A stretch of 37,984 bases of DNA. It comes from a virus. Lineage: Duplodnaviria > Caudoviricetes. The notes below the pieces were generated by a model. The model ran no database searches, was not told the origin of the DNA, and saw nothing but the letters and a program-made list of their open reading frames with translations. Where the stretch lies: the IMG/VR virus record IMGVR_UViG_3300031953_000062, positions 1-37,984 of that record; one strand, given 5' to 3'. Shown here piece after piece: positions 35,259 through 37,984 of this stretch (positions are counted from its first letter, which is position 1; every line of letters begins with the position of its first letter). The position numbers and the translations under genes were made by a program.

Positions 35259-37984
35259 ATGGCCGAAAAGATCGAAGCGCCCGAAGCCTTCCCCGTCGAT
35301 GCTGCGCCGCGTATGCAGCCCGATGTAAACACCTTTGACGTGATCGGCGCCGGGGCCGAGCAAGAGCGGATCGAAAGCGACTATTGGTTTTTGACCCAGC
35401 GCGAGCAGGCGGGCTATCACGACAAGGCAAACGCCGTCGCCGCCGATCTGGGCTTTGAAGTGGACCCCGGCCAATCGACCGGCAATTCGCCTATGGGCGC
35501 AATGTCCATGGAAGCCTTTGGATATGAGACGCGGCGCATGGATACGCTGCGCCGCGCGCGCGAGGCCAACCCAGAGGCGTTCAAGGGTGTGCCTGTTACG
35601 CAAGAAGAAATTATGGCCGATATCAACGGGCGGCTTAAATCCGAATGGGAAGATGCCGGCCGCACATTGCAAAATGCGCCGGATGGCTTTTGGTCGCGCA
35701 GCGTGCCGGAATTTATTGGCCGCATGGGGCCAGCCGCGACCGATGAAGTCGGTTTGCCACTGGCCCTTGCAACTGTCGGTGTCGGCACTGCTGCCAATTT
35801 GGGGCGCCTCATGCTGGTGGAGGGCGGGCTATCCGTGATCGGCGAAGGCGCCACCCTGCCCAAGCGGATTGATATGGCTGACCGGCTGGATATCGATGCG
35901 CCAAACGTGCCGTTGCAGCTCGCCTTTGCGGCCACAGTCGGCGCCGCTATTCCGCTGGGCATACGCGGCGCGCAGAAAGGCGCCGGTGCTGCCGCGCGCG
36001 GCGTTGTCACAACCAACCGCGAGCTGGTCAAGAAATTCCGCGCCCGCGCCTCTGAGTTGACCGCTGACCAGCGCGCCGCCGTCAATGCGGTAGAGCGCGA
36101 AATTGCCGAACAAGACGTCGGGCCAGCCGCACGCGGCACGGATCAGGCCGCCACCACGGACGCGGCGCTTGACGATATCGCCGCCGGTCGCCAGCCGTCC
36201 GAGGATATCCCGGCGCCCGATCCTGCCAAGGTAGCAAGCCTGACCACGCCGCGCCCGGCGCCGAAAGTAGAGGTTGCCTTTGATCTGGGGCCCCGCCGTC
36301 CCTACGCGCCAGATCAGCCGGTGATTGATGTTGTGGCAAGTGCTGTTGAGGACGTGCTGGGGCCAAATGCGCGCGTTGTCATTACCAGCGGGCAAGAGGG
36401 CGATTTACCGCAATTCGGCGCTGACCGGCACATAACCGGCGATGCCGCCGATGTGCGTATCATCGATGGCGATGGCCGCGAAATTAACATGGCCGACAGT
36501 CCCGAAGTGATGGAAGAGATTTCCCGCGCGGCGGCGCGGCGCGGCGCCAAGGGGATCGGCTTTGGCGCCGAGTATATGGACGGGCGCCATATGCATATCG
36601 ATCTTAAAGACCCCGACCCCGCGCAGGGCCAGGCGAATACTTGGGGAACGGGCGGCACCGCGATGCGCGAAGAGCTGGTCGCGTTGATGAATGGCGAGCT
36701 GACAGTCCCGGCGCGCGCCCCGGCGCTGACGCTCGATCAAAGTCTGCGCAACCTTTTGCGCGACGGCGAAGGCGCGGGCTATGATACCGCGTCAGATTTT
36801 ACGATTATTGCGCCCCCTGCCCGCCTGTCAGATATGACGCTGGATGAAATTGACGCATGGCAGATGGCAAACCAGCAAGCCGGGGCCGAGTCCACCGCCG
36901 CTGGCGGCTATCAGATCATCCGCGATACAATGCTGGGCCTGCGCGAGAAAATGGGCCTGACCGGATCTGAAAAATTCACCACGGAAGTGCAGGACCGCAT
37001 GGCCGATGCGCTCTTGGAAGAGGCCGGGCTATCGCGCTATCAGGCGGGCCAGATCGATGCCGATAGCTTTGCCGACAATATCGCCGGTGTCTGGGCGGCG
37101 CTGCCTTTGGCTGATGGCCGGTCGCGCTATGCGGGCGACGGTCTGAACGCCGCGCAAGTCGGGCGCGATACCGTCATGGACGTTCTGGGCGGCGCGCCCT
37201 ACCAATCCGCCGGCCGCCCGCCGCCAACCATGACGCGCTTTGCCGCATCCGGTATCAATGTAGATCCGCGCACCTATCAATTCCGCTCGGACGTAAACGC
37301 CGAGGGTGTTGGCACGTCTATGAGCCGGGTGAATGAATGGGATGAATTGCTGGCGGGCGATTTTATCGTGCATGAACGGCTGGACGGCACCCGCTTTGTC
37401 GCTGACGGGCATCATCGCCGGGATCTGGCCAACCGGCTGGAAAACGAAGGCCATGCGCCGATTGAGCTGAATGGCTTTATTCTGCGCGAGGCCGATGGCT
37501 ACACGGTCGAGCATGTGCGCGCCATTGCGGCGGTCAAGAACATCGAGGCGGGAAACGCGACGGCGATTGACGCGGCCAAAGTGCTGCGCATCGATCCGGC
37601 GATGCTGGAAAAGCTGACGCTGCGCAACAGCCATGCGCGCGATGCGCGCGGCCTGATGCGGCTATCGGATGAAGGCTTTGACATGGTGACAAATCGCCTT
37701 GTTGCGGAGCCGCACGCGGCCTTTGTCGGCGAGCTGACCAGCGATGGCCAGATGCAAGATGCCATTCTGCGCACGCTGGTATCTGCCAAGCCGCGCAACC
37801 TGGCCGAAGCCCGCCAGATTGCGCAAGACGCCTACCGCGCCGGGCGCGCCAAGCAAAGCGATGGCGCGCAAGTCTCGCTTTTTGGCGATGATTTTGATAT
37901 TACTGAAACACTGTTCAAGGAACGGGCCGAAGTGCTATCAAAGGCGCTGGCCCAACTGCGCAATGATAAGCGCGTATTCGCAAC
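35259..37984 (+). CDS. Large multidomain ejection protein (~1184 aa, continues to 956): M15 peptidase, lambda-lysozyme-like and ParB/Srx-like domains; absent from ORF track
   Basis: Manual translation is open to the window end. Motifs RHITGDAAD...HMHID, STAAGGYQ...WAALP and FVADGHHR. Confidence 0.85.
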   Translation, partial: MAEKIEAPEAFPVDAAPRMQPDVNTFDVIGAGAEQERIESDYWFLTQREQAGYHDKANAVAADLGFEVDPGQSTGNSPMGAMSMEAFGYETRRMDTLRRAREANPEAFKGVPVTQEEIMADINGRLKSEWEDAGRTLQNAPDGFWSRSVPEFIGRMGPAATDEVGLPLALATVGVGTAANLGRLMLVEGGLSVIGEGATLPKRIDMADRLDIDAPNVPLQLAFAATVGAAIPLGIRGAQKGAGAAARGVVTTNRELVKKFRARASELTADQRAAVNAVEREIAEQDVGPAARGTDQAATTDAALDDIAAGRQPSEDIPAPDPAKVASLTTPRPAPKVEVAFDLGPRRPYAPDQPVIDVVASAVEDVLGPNARVVITSGQEGDLPQFGADRHITGDAADVRIIDGDGREINMADSPEVMEEISRAAARRGAKGIGFGAEYMDGRHMHIDLKDPDPAQGQANTWGTGGTAMREELVALMNGELTVPARAPALTLDQSLRNLLRDGEGAGYDTASDFTIIAPPARLSDMTLDEIDAWQMANQQAGAESTAAGGYQIIRDTMLGLREKMGLTGSEKFTTEVQDRMADALLEEAGLSRYQAGQIDADSFADNIAGVWAALPLADGRSRYAGDGLNAAQVGRDTVMDVLGGAPYQSAGRPPPTMTRFAASGINVDPRTYQFRSDVNAEGVGTSMSRVNEWDELLAGDFIVHERLDGTRFVADGHHRRDLANRLENEGHAPIELNGFILREADGYTVEHVRAIAAVKNIEAGNATAIDAAKVLRIDPAMLEKLTLRNSHARDARGLMRLSDEGFDMVTNRLVAEPHAAFVGELTSDGQMQDAILRTLVSAKPRNLAEARQIAQDAYRAGRAKQSDGAQVSLFGDDFDITETLFKERAEVLSKALAQLRNDKRVFA
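37858..37984. repeat. Terminal direct repeat copy 2 (circular assembly overlap)
   Basis: Identical to 1-127. Confidence 0.97.

Larger units (their letters stand above)
1..37984. mobile_element. Complete circular temperate podophage / phage-plasmid genome (unit length ~37,857 bp)
   Basis: Exact 127-nt terminal overlap. Full set of packaging, head, tail, lysis, immunity and replication genes, plus plasmid rep and par genes. No host chromosomal genes. Confidence 0.93.

Noticed and set aside
21515-37871. Many long antisense ORFs over the structural genes
   Set aside because: Expected shadows of GC-rich codon usage; no RBS or motifs.

Overview
This window is a complete circular genome of about 37,857 bp. 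Its first 127 nt are repeated exactly at 37858-37984, which is an assembly overlap. It is a GC-rich temperate short-tailed phage of the epsilon15/BPP-1/T7-architecture type: terminase, portal, scaffold, capsid, adaptor, nozzle, four ejection proteins, tail fibre, then holin/amidase/spanin lysis genes. The host is probably an Alphaproteobacterium (inferred, Rhodobacteraceae plausible). It appears to be a phage-plasmid, carrying a pBBR1/RepL-type Rep with palindromic iterons and a ParA/ribbon-helix-helix partition locus with centromere-like repeats. It also has a tyrosine recombinase, a cI/cro switch, and a separate Toprim primase plus helicase with a mirror-symmetric iteron/IHF-site origin. Main unexplained signals: (1) six covarying stem-loops with an invariant GCGAAC loop plus GCAAAGGA in front of leftward genes, including an ardC / C5-methyltransferase-like / PAPS-reductase-like anti-defence block; (2) a 17-bp operator shared by the cI-cro switch and three late-gene promoter regions; (3) a ~1184-aa ejection protein, split by the window edge, with M15 peptidase, lambda-lysozyme and ParB/Srx domains; (4) several translationally coupled membrane microproteins missed by the ORF track. 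All family calls come from motif recognition by eye; no database searches were run.
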